Part shown: positions 8,394 to 16,896 of the stretch, one piece after another
How positions within the stretch are numbered: position 1 is the first letter of the stretch
Layout of the letters: the number at the start of each line of letters is the position of its first letter
NCBI GenBank assembly: GCA_963827705.1
Contig: CAWHBN010000001.1
Coordinates: forward strand, 41,973-105,972
Direction: 5' to 3'
DNA: 64,000 nucleotides
Origin: an uncultured Actinomycetes bacterium
Lineage (GTDB): Bacteria > Actinomycetota > Thermoleophilia > Gaiellales > Gaiellaceae
Program-made: the position numbers and the translations under genes
Notes under the pieces: model-generated
Databases searched by the model: none
The model's input: the letters and a program-made list of their open reading frames with translations, nothing else
Told to the model about the DNA's origin: nothing

Positions 8394-9287
8394 CTACGGC
8401 GTCATCACGTTCGCCGCCTCCCGTGTGACCGTCGTGGTGAACGCCCAGTCGGACGACGCATCGTTCGTGTCCTTGCCGTTGGGGTTGCGGATCAGCGAGC
8501 CCGACACCGTGTTGGAGTCCTCGACGGTCGCAGCGAGGGCAGTTCCCTCGACCAGGTTGTACGTCTGGCCGCCGATCGTCGCCGCCGTGATCGCGCCTTC
8601 GTACGACAGTGCGTCGACGAGCGTCGTCCCATCCAGCAATGCGAGCCCGTCGGGCGCGCCGTTCTGCAGCTCGATCGCCACGGCGAGGTAGCCGCCGGCC
8701 GCGAGCGAGCCGGTCAGCGCGACCCGGTCGTACTCCGAGCCGTCGCCGCCGTTGACGGCGACGAGGTCGACGTTGGACAGATCGGCGGCGGCTCCGCCGG
8801 TGTTGTGGATCTCGACGAAGCCGTTTTCGTCCGCGCCGACCTGGTCGTAGTCGACCTCGTTGATCACGAGCTTGGCGTTCCCGCCCGGAGGAGGCGGAGG
8901 CGGCGGCTGGTCGGGGGCGGCCTCGCACGTGAGGGTCACGTCGCCGCTCGCACCGATCGTCACCTTGATCTCGCCGGCGGCGGAGTCCTCGGCAACACAC
9001 GGGACTCCCTCGAGCGTCTTCAGCCCGGTGATCGCCGTCCCCGGATCGCCCTTGTCGCCTTTCGGTCCCGGCGCTCCGGGGTCGCCCTTCGGCCCCGCGA
9101 TGTTCCAGCTCACAGGCGTCTCGCGGCGGCGGCACTGAGCCGACTCCGATACCTGGCGGAGCCAGCCGCCGGACGGATGCTTGCAGGCGAAGATCGTCTC
9201 GGACGCGCCGCCCGAGCTCGCGGCGAGCGCGACACCCGCGGCGACCGACGTCGCCGCGGCGAGCACGGCCAACAGAATCGTCTTCAT
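8394..9287 (-). CDS. Secreted lamin-tail-domain (LTD) protein with a short collagen-like G-X-Y stretch and a poly-Pro linker
   Basis: ATG 9287 is preceded by GGGAGGA. Signal peptide MKTILLAVLAAATSVAAGVALA, then GPKGDPGAPGPKGDKGDPG (6 triplets), then PPPPPPP. The stretch KLVINEVDYDQVGADENGFVEIHNTGGAAADLSNVDL fits the LTD pattern. Confidence 0.75.
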   Translation of the reverse strand: MKTILLAVLAAATSVAAGVALAASSGGASETIFACKHPSGGWLRQVSESAQCRRRETPVSWNIAGPKGDPGAPGPKGDKGDPGTAITGLKTLEGVPCVAEDSAAGEIKVTIGASGDVTLTCEAAPDQPPPPPPPGGNAKLVINEVDYDQVGADENGFVEIHNTGGAAADLSNVDLVAVNGGDGSEYDRVALTGSLAAGGYLAVAIELQNGAPDGLALLDGTTLVDALSYEGAITAATIGGQTYNLVEGTALAATVEDSNTVSGSLIRNPNGKDTNDASSDWAFTTTVTREAANVMTP

Positions 9288-9371
9288 GGTCCTCCCTCGG
9301 TTGCTTGACCAGAAGGAGATAGATGCGTCGGCTCCGCTCCGGCTAGTGGCCATCACAGTTTCGGAACGCTC

Positions 9372-10061
9372 TTGGCGCGGAGTAGGCTGGAAGGCACGTT
9401 GCCGCCGCAGGTCGCGACCCTCAATGCCTCGCTGACCGAGGCCAAGCGGGCACAGCACCGCGCTCGCCTCGCCTGGCAGAAGGCCCTCCGGCGGCTCCCG
9501 AAGAACGACCCGCAGGTCAAGGACGCCCTCGCCGCCTACAAGGCGGCCAAGGCGGTCCGCCAGCGCCTCGACGCACAGATCGCGCGCGCGCAGAGCCCGA
9601 CGACGATGTCGGCGAAGGGCCTCGACTTCCTCGTCGCGCAGGAGGGCTTCATCCCCTACGCCTACAACGACTCACAGCGGCACGCCACGTTCGGCGTCGG
9701 GCACCTGCTGCATCGCGGACCGGTGACCGCCGCCGACCGCGCCGAGTGGGGGACGAAGGCGAATCCGAAACCGCGGGCTCTCGTCCTCGGCGTGCTGCGC
9801 AAGGACCTCGCCGATCGCTTCGAGCCGGCGGTACGCGAGTCGGTCAAGACACAGCTGAAGCAACATCAGTTCGACGCGCTCGTCTCGATGGCGTTCAACA
9901 TCGGCGCCGGCGGCTTCCGCGGGTCAACGGTCGTCAAGCGGCTGAACGCGCGCGACTTCGGCGGCGCAGCCGACGCCATGCTCCTCTGGCGCCGCCCGCC
10001 GGAGATCATCCCGCGTCGCCGCCGCGAGCGCGAGCTGTTCCTGAACGAGACGTACCGCTAG
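9372..10061 (+). CDS. GH24 (T4-type) lysozyme with a 78-aa coiled-coil-like N-terminal extension
   Basis: In GLDFLVAQEGFIPYAYNDSQRHATFGVGH, the Glu-(9)-Asp-(6)-Thr spacing is identical to T4 lysozyme E11/D20/T26. I see no signal peptide or TM segment. The start is uncertain (TTG 9372; an internal ATG lies at 9607). Confidence 0.8.
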   Translation: MARSRLEGTLPPQVATLNASLTEAKRAQHRARLAWQKALRRLPKNDPQVKDALAAYKAAKAVRQRLDAQIARAQSPTTMSAKGLDFLVAQEGFIPYAYNDSQRHATFGVGHLLHRGPVTAADRAEWGTKANPKPRALVLGVLRKDLADRFEPAVRESVKTQLKQHQFDALVSMAFNIGAGGFRGSTVVKRLNARDFGGAADAMLLWRRPPEIIPRRRRERELFLNETYR

Positions 10062-10762
10062 CGGCCGACGAGCTTGAAGACGCGGCGGCCGGCCCGCTCC
10101 ACCGGGCCCGGGAGCCACCCGCGCCGCTTCTTCAGCACGCGCGTCACCGAGCCGAAGATCGCCTTCATCGCCTGCACGCGCCGTGCGTGGAGCCGGTCGT
10201 ACGGCGTGTTGTGGGCGACCTTCGAGGCAATCGTGGTGGAGCCGATCACGAACCGGACGTCGCGGAAGTTCCGCGAGGCGTAGATCTTCTCCGCGACGAC
10301 CTTTCGGACCCCCGGATGCCACGTCGTGTCGTGGAAGGCGACCGTGCCGCCCTCCACGACCTTCGGGACCCACGTCTCGAAGTCGTACCGCACGTCGTCC
10401 TCCTCGTGCGACCCGTCGACGAAGAGCAGCTCGATCGGCTCGTCGAAGTCGTCCACGACGTCCTGGGACAGCCCCTTCACGGGCGTGACGAGATCGGCGA
10501 TCCCGGCCCGCTCGACGTTCTCCTTGAATTCACCATGCCGGTAGTCCGCGTGAGGGTCGACGGCGAAGATTCGAACGCCCTCGCCCGCACGCGAGCCGAG
10601 CCCGAGGCAGATCGTCGACTTGCCCTTCCACGATCCGATCTCGACGATCACGCCCCGCCCGGTGCAGTCCTTCGCGAGCTCGTAGAGCGCCTCGCCCTCC
10701 TCGTCGGAGAGCCAGCCCGGGACGTCTTTGATCAGCTCCTTGACCGGAGCGAAGTCGCTCAC
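10058..10762 (-). CDS. Class I SAM-dependent methyltransferase (Methyltransf_24-like)
   Basis: 234-aa ORF with GWLSDEEGEALYELA...VIVEIGSWKGKSTICLGLG...LLFVDGSHEEDDV. Its start overlaps the upstream cupin stop by 4 nt. Confidence 0.8.
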   Translation of the reverse strand: MSDFAPVKELIKDVPGWLSDEEGEALYELAKDCTGRGVIVEIGSWKGKSTICLGLGSRAGEGVRIFAVDPHADYRHGEFKENVERAGIADLVTPVKGLSQDVVDDFDEPIELLFVDGSHEEDDVRYDFETWVPKVVEGGTVAFHDTTWHPGVRKVVAEKIYASRNFRDVRFVIGSTTIASKVAHNTPYDRLHARRVQAMKAIFGSVTRVLKKRRGWLPGPVERAGRRVFKLVGR

Positions 10763-11232
10763 GTCTCGCGGTCGTAGTAGTCGACATGGCTCTCCCGCCG
10801 CACCATCACGTGATCCCCGTGGTGCTCCTCTCCCGGGAACACCCCGATCTTGTCGCTGTCCGGATACACCGCCAGCGCGGGGTCGACCATGGTCGAGAGC
10901 AGCAGCACGCGCACGGTCTCGTCGGTCTCGTTCGTGAAGTTGTGGGCGCCCTCCGGCCCGACCGGGAAGCAGATCACGTCCATCGGCTCAACCGCCTCGT
11001 CGCCGTCTGGATTGCGAAGCGTCGGCCTGCCCTGCAGGACGAGCGCCCACTCCTCGTTCCCGTATTCGTAGTGGTACGGACCCACGCACTGGCCCGGCGG
11101 AAGCTCGTAGAGCGTCGCGCCGAGCATCGCGGCGCCGATGGACTTCCCGAAGCTTGCAATGCCGGCCTTGTAGCCCTCCGGACGGGCCTCGTACCACTCG
11201 AACTCGAGGTCGCCGAGGTTGATCTTCTTCAT
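10759..11232 (-). CDS. Cupin domain protein (paralog 1)
   Basis: ATG 11232. The sequence MKKINLGDLEFE...PYHYEYGNEEWALVLQGRPTL...MDVICFPVGPEGAHNFTN is about 70% identical to the next gene. Confidence 0.8.
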   Translation of the reverse strand: MKKINLGDLEFEWYEARPEGYKAGIASFGKSIGAAMLGATLYELPPGQCVGPYHYEYGNEEWALVLQGRPTLRNPDGDEAVEPMDVICFPVGPEGAHNFTNETDETVRVLLLSTMVDPALAVYPDSDKIGVFPGEEHHGDHVMVRRESHVDYYDRET

Positions 11233-11236
11233 GCGC

Positions 11237-11710
11237 CTACGGCTCGCGATCCCAGTAGTCCACCTGGCTCTCGCGCCGGACGAGGATGTGGTCGTCGCGG
11301 AACTCAGGCCCCGGCCAGGCGCCGATCTTGTCGCTGTCGGGGTAGACGGCAAGCGAAGGATCGACCTTCGTGGACAGCAGCATCACCCGCACGGGCTCGT
11401 CCGTGTCGTTCGTGAACTTGTGCGCGCCTTCCGGCCCGTTGGGAAAGCAGATGACGTCCATCGGCTCCACGGCCTCTTCGCCGCCGGGATGCCGCAGCGT
11501 CGGCCGTCCCTGGAGGATCAGGGCCCACTCCTCGTTCCCGTACTCGTAGTGGTAGGGGCAGATGCTCTGACCAGGCGGGAGCTCGTAGACGCTGGCACCG
11601 AGCATGGAGGCGCCGATCGACGGCCCGAAGCGCGCCATCGCCGCCTTGTAGCCCTCGGGATCGCTGTCGTCGGTCTCGAACTCGAGCGAGTTGAGATTGG
11701 TCTTCTTCAA
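11237..11710 (-). CDS. Cupin domain protein (paralog 2)
   Basis: 157-aa ORF MKKTNLNSLEFE...PYHYEYGNEEWALILQGRPTL...MDVICFPNGPEGAHKFTN. It is a tandem duplicate of the previous gene, 4 nt away. Confidence 0.85.
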   Translation of the reverse strand: MKKTNLNSLEFETDDSDPEGYKAAMARFGPSIGASMLGASVYELPPGQSICPYHYEYGNEEWALILQGRPTLRHPGGEEAVEPMDVICFPNGPEGAHKFTNDTDEPVRVMLLSTKVDPSLAVYPDSDKIGAWPGPEFRDDHILVRRESQVDYWDREP

Positions 11711-11730
11711 GGCCTCGATTGAACCAGAGG

Positions 11731-12936
11731 CTAGGCGACGAGCAGGCCCGTGACGTACATCACCGCCACGCCGGCGAGGAAACCGAGCAGGACGTGGGGC
11801 GACGACAGCCCGCCCGGCGCCTTCCGCGCGACGTAGCGCCCGACCTCGACGACCACCTCGAACGCCGCCCCCGCCGCGGCCGCGAAGAACACGACTCCGA
11901 GCAGGTCACTCGTCAGGAATCCGCCCAGCCAGGCGCCGAGAATCGCCGGAGCGCCTGCGACGAGCGTCAGCACCACGAGCCGGCCCCTCGAGACCGCCTT
12001 GCCCTCGGAGAGCGGCGCGGCGATGCCGAGCCCCTCCGTGATGTTGTGGATCATGAAGCCGACGACGAAGAACGTTCCGAGCGCGAGCTCCCCGAGCGCG
12101 AATGACGACCCGATCGCCAGGCCCTCGCCGAGGTTGTGGACCCCGATGCCGATCGCCACGAGCGTCGCGAGGGCGAGCCCGGCTATCCCCGCGCCGCCGC
12201 TGCCGCCGCCCCGTCCGAGCCGAGACGAGATCGCCGTCAGGATCAGATAGCTCGAGGCCACGCCGAGCAGGACGAGCCCGGCGCCGCCCAGCGCGCTCGG
12301 CAGCTGCGCCTGGAGCTCGAACGCCTCCGAGAGCGCCTCGACCGCGAGGAAGGTCAGGAGCCCGGCTGTGAGCGCCATGAACGCCGCCAGCCACTCAGGC
12401 GAGGCGCGCCGGAGGGACGGCAGCCAGAGCAAACCCAGCGCGATGGGCACGATCCCGACGAGGAATCCGATCACCGCGTACCCGAAGAAGCTCCGCGCCG
12501 AGGCTGTCGGTGTCTCAACGGCGGCGGCGATCTCCTCCACGGTCTGGATCCCCGTCGAGCTCGTCACGCCCACCGAGATCGGCTCGTGCTCGACCCAGTC
12601 GTACTGGACGACGATCTCGCTCGAGCGGAGCCGCCCGAGGGTCTGAGGCCCGTCGACCTCGAACGGCAGGATCGCGTCATCCACCGTGACTGCAGCGATC
12701 GTCAGGTCATCGCGCTGCGGATTGGTGACCCGGATCCGGATCTCGCCGGGGTGGAACTCGACGCGGCGGATGTCGAACTCGTCGACCGGCGGCGGGTTCT
12801 CGCCCAGCAGCCCGGTGATCGACGATCCGCCCGCCGTGAAGAGCGCCACGACGCCGGTCAGCAGGATCAGCGGCACGAACGCCCAGAGCCGCCAGCTGCG
12901 ACCCGCGCGAACGGCTGCGACCGACTCGGACATCAA
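11731..12936 (-). CDS. ZIP-family divalent metal transporter with an approximately 130-aa N-terminal extracytoplasmic domain
   Basis: 401-aa ORF with ZIP signatures GVHNLGEGLAIG and MIHNITEGLG and a Gly-rich loop. Its ATG overlaps the stop of the upstream oxidase (ATGA). Confidence 0.85.
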   Translation of the reverse strand: MMSESVAAVRAGRSWRLWAFVPLILLTGVVALFTAGGSSITGLLGENPPPVDEFDIRRVEFHPGEIRIRVTNPQRDDLTIAAVTVDDAILPFEVDGPQTLGRLRSSEIVVQYDWVEHEPISVGVTSSTGIQTVEEIAAAVETPTASARSFFGYAVIGFLVGIVPIALGLLWLPSLRRASPEWLAAFMALTAGLLTFLAVEALSEAFELQAQLPSALGGAGLVLLGVASSYLILTAISSRLGRGGGSGGAGIAGLALATLVAIGIGVHNLGEGLAIGSSFALGELALGTFFVVGFMIHNITEGLGIAAPLSEGKAVSRGRLVVLTLVAGAPAILGAWLGGFLTSDLLGVVFFAAAAGAAFEVVVEVGRYVARKAPGGLSSPHVLLGFLAGVAVMYVTGLLVA

Positions 12937-13934
12937 TCGGTCACGTTGAAGAAGCCCATCCAGCCGAGCTCGGCGAACTCGGACTGGTGCGCGTGGAACA
13001 TGAACAGGCCCTTGTTGGCGAAGTCGATCTCGATGATCCCGCGCTGGCCCTGCGACTGGACGACGGTGTCCGTGTACTCGAAGTGGTCGCCCGTCCCGGT
13101 CGGGTAGTAGCGGAAGAAGTCCCCGTGGAGGTGGAACGAGTTGATGAGATCGAACTCGGTCAGGTTCGCGAGGTAGATCCGGACGGTCTTCGACTTGCTG
13201 ACCCGGATCGGGTACTTCGCGTAGTAGAACGCCTTGCCGTTGACGGTGTAGAAGTTGTTCTCACCGTCGCCGTCCGTGTCGTAGCCGTTCATCACCATCA
13301 CGAGCTCCTGCGCCGGCTTGCGCGGCTTGGCGGGATCGATGATGAAGGCGCCGTAGAGGCCCTTGTGGATGTGCTTCTTCAGCGGCGTGGAGTGACAGTG
13401 GTAGAGGTGGAAGCCCGCAGGCCGAGCGGGAAACTCGTAGGTGAAGTCGTCGCCCGGCTCGACGATCTGGAAGACGCCGTCCATGTTCGCCGGGTGGATC
13501 CCATGGAAGTGGATCGTGTGCGGGTGGGATCCGCCGTTCGTGAACTTGACGCGGAGCAGGTCGCCCTCGGTGGCGCGAACGATCGGGCCTGGAACCGTCC
13601 CGTTGTACGTCCAGGCGTTGAACTCGACTCCCTGCGCGACCTCGATCGTCCTGTCGAGCGCGACGAGCTCGTAATCGCGGACACGGCCCGGCTTGTGCGG
13701 CAGCGCAGGCGTCGGCAGGAGGAGCTTGTCCAGAGCGCGTGGGCCGCCGGGCGCCGGGACATCGGGGCCGATCATCGCCGCATGGCCCATCGCGGCATGC
13801 GAGTGGTCGTGACCCAGGTGCGTCACGCTCGGGTCAGCCTGTGCTTCGGTCGGCCAGGCGACCTTCACAAAGGGCGAGGCCGCGGCTGCCGCTGCAGCCC
13901 CACCGATCAGACCCTTCCGAGTAAACTTAGGCAT
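12933..13934 (-). CDS. Two-domain multicopper oxidase / NirK-like cupredoxin protein, probably exported
   Basis: ATG 13934 (MPKFTRKGLIGGAAAAAAA, Tat-like). A His/Met-rich stretch HLGHDHSHAAMGHAAM follows. Copper motifs are HTIHFHG, LYHCHSTPLKKHIHKGL, HLHG and HAHQSEF. Confidence 0.8.
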   Translation of the reverse strand: MPKFTRKGLIGGAAAAAAASPFVKVAWPTEAQADPSVTHLGHDHSHAAMGHAAMIGPDVPAPGGPRALDKLLLPTPALPHKPGRVRDYELVALDRTIEVAQGVEFNAWTYNGTVPGPIVRATEGDLLRVKFTNGGSHPHTIHFHGIHPANMDGVFQIVEPGDDFTYEFPARPAGFHLYHCHSTPLKKHIHKGLYGAFIIDPAKPRKPAQELVMVMNGYDTDGDGENNFYTVNGKAFYYAKYPIRVSKSKTVRIYLANLTEFDLINSFHLHGDFFRYYPTGTGDHFEYTDTVVQSQGQRGIIEIDFANKGLFMFHAHQSEFAELGWMGFFNVTD

Positions 13935-13945
13935 GTCTAAACTAT
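13927..13945. promoter_or_regulatory. Candidate DtxR/IdeR-type operator in the divergent MCO/DtxR intergenic region
   Basis: TTAGGCATGTCTAAACTAT contains the near-palindrome TTAGnCATGnCTAA. It matches 13 of 19 positions of the TTAGGTTAGCCTAACCTAA consensus as I recall it, and it overlaps the oxidase start codon. Confidence 0.4.
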
Positions 13946-13956
13946 AACTGAGCCTC

Positions 13957-14607
13957 ATGGAACTGACGGACGCGATCCAGGACTACGTCAAGGAGATCTA
14001 CAAGCTCCAGGCCGCGGGCGCGCGGGTCACGACCTCTGCCCTCGCCGGCCGCCTGGGAGTCTCCCCGCCTTCGGCGACGGCGATGGTGAAGAAGCTCGCC
14101 TCGCTCGGCCTCGTCGAGTACGAGCGGTATCGCGGCGCTCGGCTGACGCGGAAGGGCGAGAAGGTCGCCCTCGAGGTGATCCGCCACCACCGCCTGCTCG
14201 AGCAGTACCTCTCCCAGACTCTCGGCCTGCCGATCGACGCGCTGCACGACGAGGCCGACCGGCTCGAGCACGCACTGTCGGAGGAGCTCGAGGCGCACAT
14301 CGATCGCACCCTCGGCTTCCCGACGCACGATCCCCACGGTGATCCGATCCCCGGCCCCGACTTGAAGCTCGTCCTCAGCCAGGCGACGCCGCTCTCCGCA
14401 CTGGAGCCGGGGGCCAAGGCGACCGTCTCTCGCGTCCCGGACGGAGACGGCGAGCTCCTCCGCTACCTCTCGGAGCTGAAGCTGACGCCCGGGAGACGCA
14501 TCGAGGTGCGCGAGGCGGCGCCGTTCGAAGGCCCGCTGACCGTCCGTGTTGCCGGTGCGGACCACGCGATCTCGCGCGAGCTGGCCGCCCGGATCGCCGT
14601 CAGCTAG
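13957..14607 (+). CDS. DtxR/IdeR/MntR-family metal-dependent transcriptional regulator with a C-terminal FeoA/SH3-like domain
   Basis: 216-aa ORF with DYVKEIYKLQ...TSALAGRLGVSPPSATAMVKKL...IRHHRLLEQYL...HDPHGDPIP. Confidence 0.9.
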   Translation: MELTDAIQDYVKEIYKLQAAGARVTTSALAGRLGVSPPSATAMVKKLASLGLVEYERYRGARLTRKGEKVALEVIRHHRLLEQYLSQTLGLPIDALHDEADRLEHALSEELEAHIDRTLGFPTHDPHGDPIPGPDLKLVLSQATPLSALEPGAKATVSRVPDGDGELLRYLSELKLTPGRRIEVREAAPFEGPLTVRVAGADHAISRELAARIAVS

Positions 14608-14669
14608 GTTCGGGCATCACGTAGCGCAGCCAACGCACCCGGCGCGCGTCTCCAGGCGCGTCGGAGGAA

Positions 14670-15155
14670 TCACCGCGTGACGTAGGGCTCGAGCAGCTTC
14701 TCCATTTGCGCGTCCAGTTCAGCGGCCTCCTCGACCGTCATCGTCATCCGGGCATTCGAGTGCCCGGAAACCCGCAGCCAGTCCCCGTCCAATCGGGGCT
14801 CGTCCTCGGCCATCCACCGCCTGGGCAGCTCGTCGGCGCGCAGGAACAGCAGTCTTGCGAGTGCCCGGTATGCGGCCTGGCTTGCATCGTCGTCGGCCGG
14901 CTCGAAGTGGATGCCGGAACCGACGGCCTCCCAGATACCGTCGCTCCCCGCGACGAGCCCGTGCTGCGCCAGCTGGCGCAAGTGCCGGCCGGCCGCAGAA
15001 GGGGTGGTCCCGGCGTCTGCCGCCAGCTCGGCGACCGAGGCCGGACCGTGCCGCTGCAGCCGCTCGAAGATGGTCAGCCGCACGGGATGCGCCAGGGCGC
15101 GCATGGCGCGCGGATCGGAGATCTCGAGGTCCCCAAGCTCGTTCACCCGCGGCAT
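14670..15155 (-). CDS. ArsR-like winged-helix transcriptional regulator
   Basis: 161-aa ORF with DPRAMRALAHPVRLTIFERLQRHGPASVAELAADAG. Confidence 0.75.
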   Translation of the reverse strand: MPRVNELGDLEISDPRAMRALAHPVRLTIFERLQRHGPASVAELAADAGTTPSAAGRHLRQLAQHGLVAGSDGIWEAVGSGIHFEPADDDASQAAYRALARLLFLRADELPRRWMAEDEPRLDGDWLRVSGHSNARMTMTVEEAAELDAQMEKLLEPYVTR

Positions 15156-15173
15156 GCGACAAGCCTAGAGAAA

Positions 15174-15205
15174 GTAACTTGACAGTTACGTAACTGCTCA
15201 GTTAC
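15174..15205. promoter_or_regulatory. Two abutting GTAACT-N4-AGTTAC palindromes (candidate ArsR/SmtB operator pair)
   Basis: GTAACTtgacAGTTAC (15174-15189) is directly followed by GTAACTgctcAGTTAC (15190-15205), between two divergent ArsR-type genes. Confidence 0.55.
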
Positions 15206-15208
15206 TCT

Positions 15209-15532
15209 TTGCCGGTGAGCGCATTCGAGGCCCTCGCGGATCCGACGAGACGACGCATCGTCGAGCTCGTCTCCGAAGGCGAACGCTCGGCCGGTGAGAT
15301 CGCGTCCGCGTTCGCAATCTCACGGCCGGGCGTGTCGAAGCACCTCCGCGTTCTGCGGGAGCACGGTGTAATCCGCTCCCGGTCGGACGGCACGCGCCGC
15401 CTGTACTCGCTCGAGGGTGAGGGCCTCGTGGAGCTCGACGAATGGATCCGGCGGTTCTGGACGAACCGGCTGGACGCCCTGGAGACCGAACTGAGGAGAG
15501 GACGGCGTGATCGAGGGAAAGCTGAGATCTGA
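15209..15532 (+). CDS. ArsR/SmtB-family transcriptional regulator
   Basis: 107-aa ORF with FEALADPTRRRIVELVSEGERSAGEIASAFAISRPGVSKHLRVLREHG. Confidence 0.9.
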   Translation: MPVSAFEALADPTRRRIVELVSEGERSAGEIASAFAISRPGVSKHLRVLREHGVIRSRSDGTRRLYSLEGEGLVELDEWIRRFWTNRLDALETELRRGRRDRGKAEI

Positions 15533-16007
15533 AGGCGACCGGGCCGGAGTGCGGTTCGAGAGGCGGTACGACTTCGCGCCGGAGGAGGTCTGGTCGGCGC
15601 TGACCGACCCCGACCGGCTCGGGCGCTGGCTCGCGAACGTCGTCGAGCTGGAATTGCGAGTCGGTGGCCGCTTCCTGCTGGTCTGGAACGAAGACGATGG
15701 CGACCAGCGCACGGACGGACTGGTCCGCGCACTCGAGCCCGGCCGCGTGCTCGAGCTCGACTGGACCTACCCGGGCGAGCCGGACAGCGTCGCCCGCTTC
15801 GAGCTGCAGCCCGACGGCGACGGAACGCTCCTCGTCCTCGACCATCGCGGCCTGCCTCCAGCAGCCATCGCGGGCTACGGCGCGGGCTGGCATTCGCATC
15901 TCGACTCGCTCGAGGCGCACCTCGCGGGCCGCGAGGCCGACTGGTCGGCACGGTTCGAGGAGCTTGGCCCGGCGTACGAACGACAGGCGGCAGCTGTCAG
16001 CGGTTGA
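15507..16007 (+). CDS. SRPBCC/AHSA1 (Aha1-like) domain protein
   Basis: 166-aa ORF with the FAPEEVWSALTDPDRLGRWL pattern. ArsR followed by SRPBCC is a common gene pair. Confidence 0.85.
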   Translation: MIEGKLRSEGDRAGVRFERRYDFAPEEVWSALTDPDRLGRWLANVVELELRVGGRFLLVWNEDDGDQRTDGLVRALEPGRVLELDWTYPGEPDSVARFELQPDGDGTLLVLDHRGLPPAAIAGYGAGWHSHLDSLEAHLAGREADWSARFEELGPAYERQAAAVSG

Positions 16008-16052
16008 GCGCCGGCACGCGGAGCGGCGGCCGCGGGACGGTCGCCGCTGCGC

Positions 16053-16751
16053 TCACGCCACGACCCGATAGACCTCGAACACCTCGGCGTACTCGCGATT
16101 CACGTTGATCCCGTGCGTCCGGGCGACGTTCCAGATGTACTCGGGGTCGGAGTACCGGCGGTGCTGCTGCGATTCGTACTTCGCGAGCGCGCGCACCTTC
16201 CGTTCCACGTGCTCCTTCTCGAGCGCAAAGTAGGCCTGGTAGTCGAAGTTGAAGTTGTTCCACGGGATCTCGTACCCGAGGATCGTCGTCCGCTTGAAGG
16301 CGCGGAGGCCCTCGGCGGCAATGACCTGGTGATCCTGGTGGATGTCGCGCAGGCTCGGCTGGAGCACCGCGTCGGGCTTCCACTCCTCCCACAGCCCGAT
16401 CAGGAGCTCGAGGATCTCCTGGCGGCGCTCGGGAAAGGTGCGCACTTCGAAGTCGTGGACGTCGAGCCGCTCTTCGGAGATACCGAGCTCGGCTGTCGCC
16501 TCGCGCACCTCCCGCGCGAGCGTGTCGGGAGGGAAGCCCTCCGGCAGCGAGCGGGTCGCGATCGAGAAGGCGACGTAGCGGACGTCCGTCCCGCCGTCCA
16601 CCAGACGCGCGAGCGTGGCGCCGCATCCGAACTCGCCGTCGTCCGTGTGCGGCGCGAGAACGAGGACGCGCTTCCAGGCTGTGATCACAGGTGCCCCGTC
16701 CGGTAATGCCGCTGGATTTCTGGGTCGCGAGCACCAAGCCAGAGGCCGCAA
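16053..16751 (-). CDS. PIG-L/LmbE-family N-acetylglucosaminyl deacetylase
   Basis: Motifs VLVLAPHTDDGEFGCGATL and HQDH. The true start may be the internal GTG (VITAWKR). Confidence 0.85.
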   Translation of the reverse strand: MRPLAWCSRPRNPAALPDGAPVITAWKRVLVLAPHTDDGEFGCGATLARLVDGGTDVRYVAFSIATRSLPEGFPPDTLAREVREATAELGISEERLDVHDFEVRTFPERRQEILELLIGLWEEWKPDAVLQPSLRDIHQDHQVIAAEGLRAFKRTTILGYEIPWNNFNFDYQAYFALEKEHVERKVRALAKYESQQHRRYSDPEYIWNVARTHGINVNREYAEVFEVYRVVA

Positions 16752-16896
16752 TCCGACGAGCCAAGGTCAGAAGACCTTGGTGAGGAGGAGGGTGGGCTCT
16801 GGCGCAGCGTGATCGCGGGCCAGAAACCGGCATGCATTGCTGGATGGGGCACCGAGTCAACCATTCGACGGAGGGACGTAGTATCCGGCTCCGGGG

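Noticed and set aside
9372-10061. Prophage or mobile element suggested by the T4-type lysozyme
   Set aside because: There is no integrase, terminase, capsid, tail or holin gene, no att-like flanking repeats and no compositional break around it. A single lysozyme gene is not enough to call a prophage.
16761-16780. Perfect 8-bp hairpin CCAAGGTC-agaa-GACCTTGG in the PIG-L / O-antigen-ligase divergent spacer
   Set aside because: It may lie inside the PIG-L coding region if the longer start is used. It has no flanking U-tract and no second copy, which is insufficient to assign a role.
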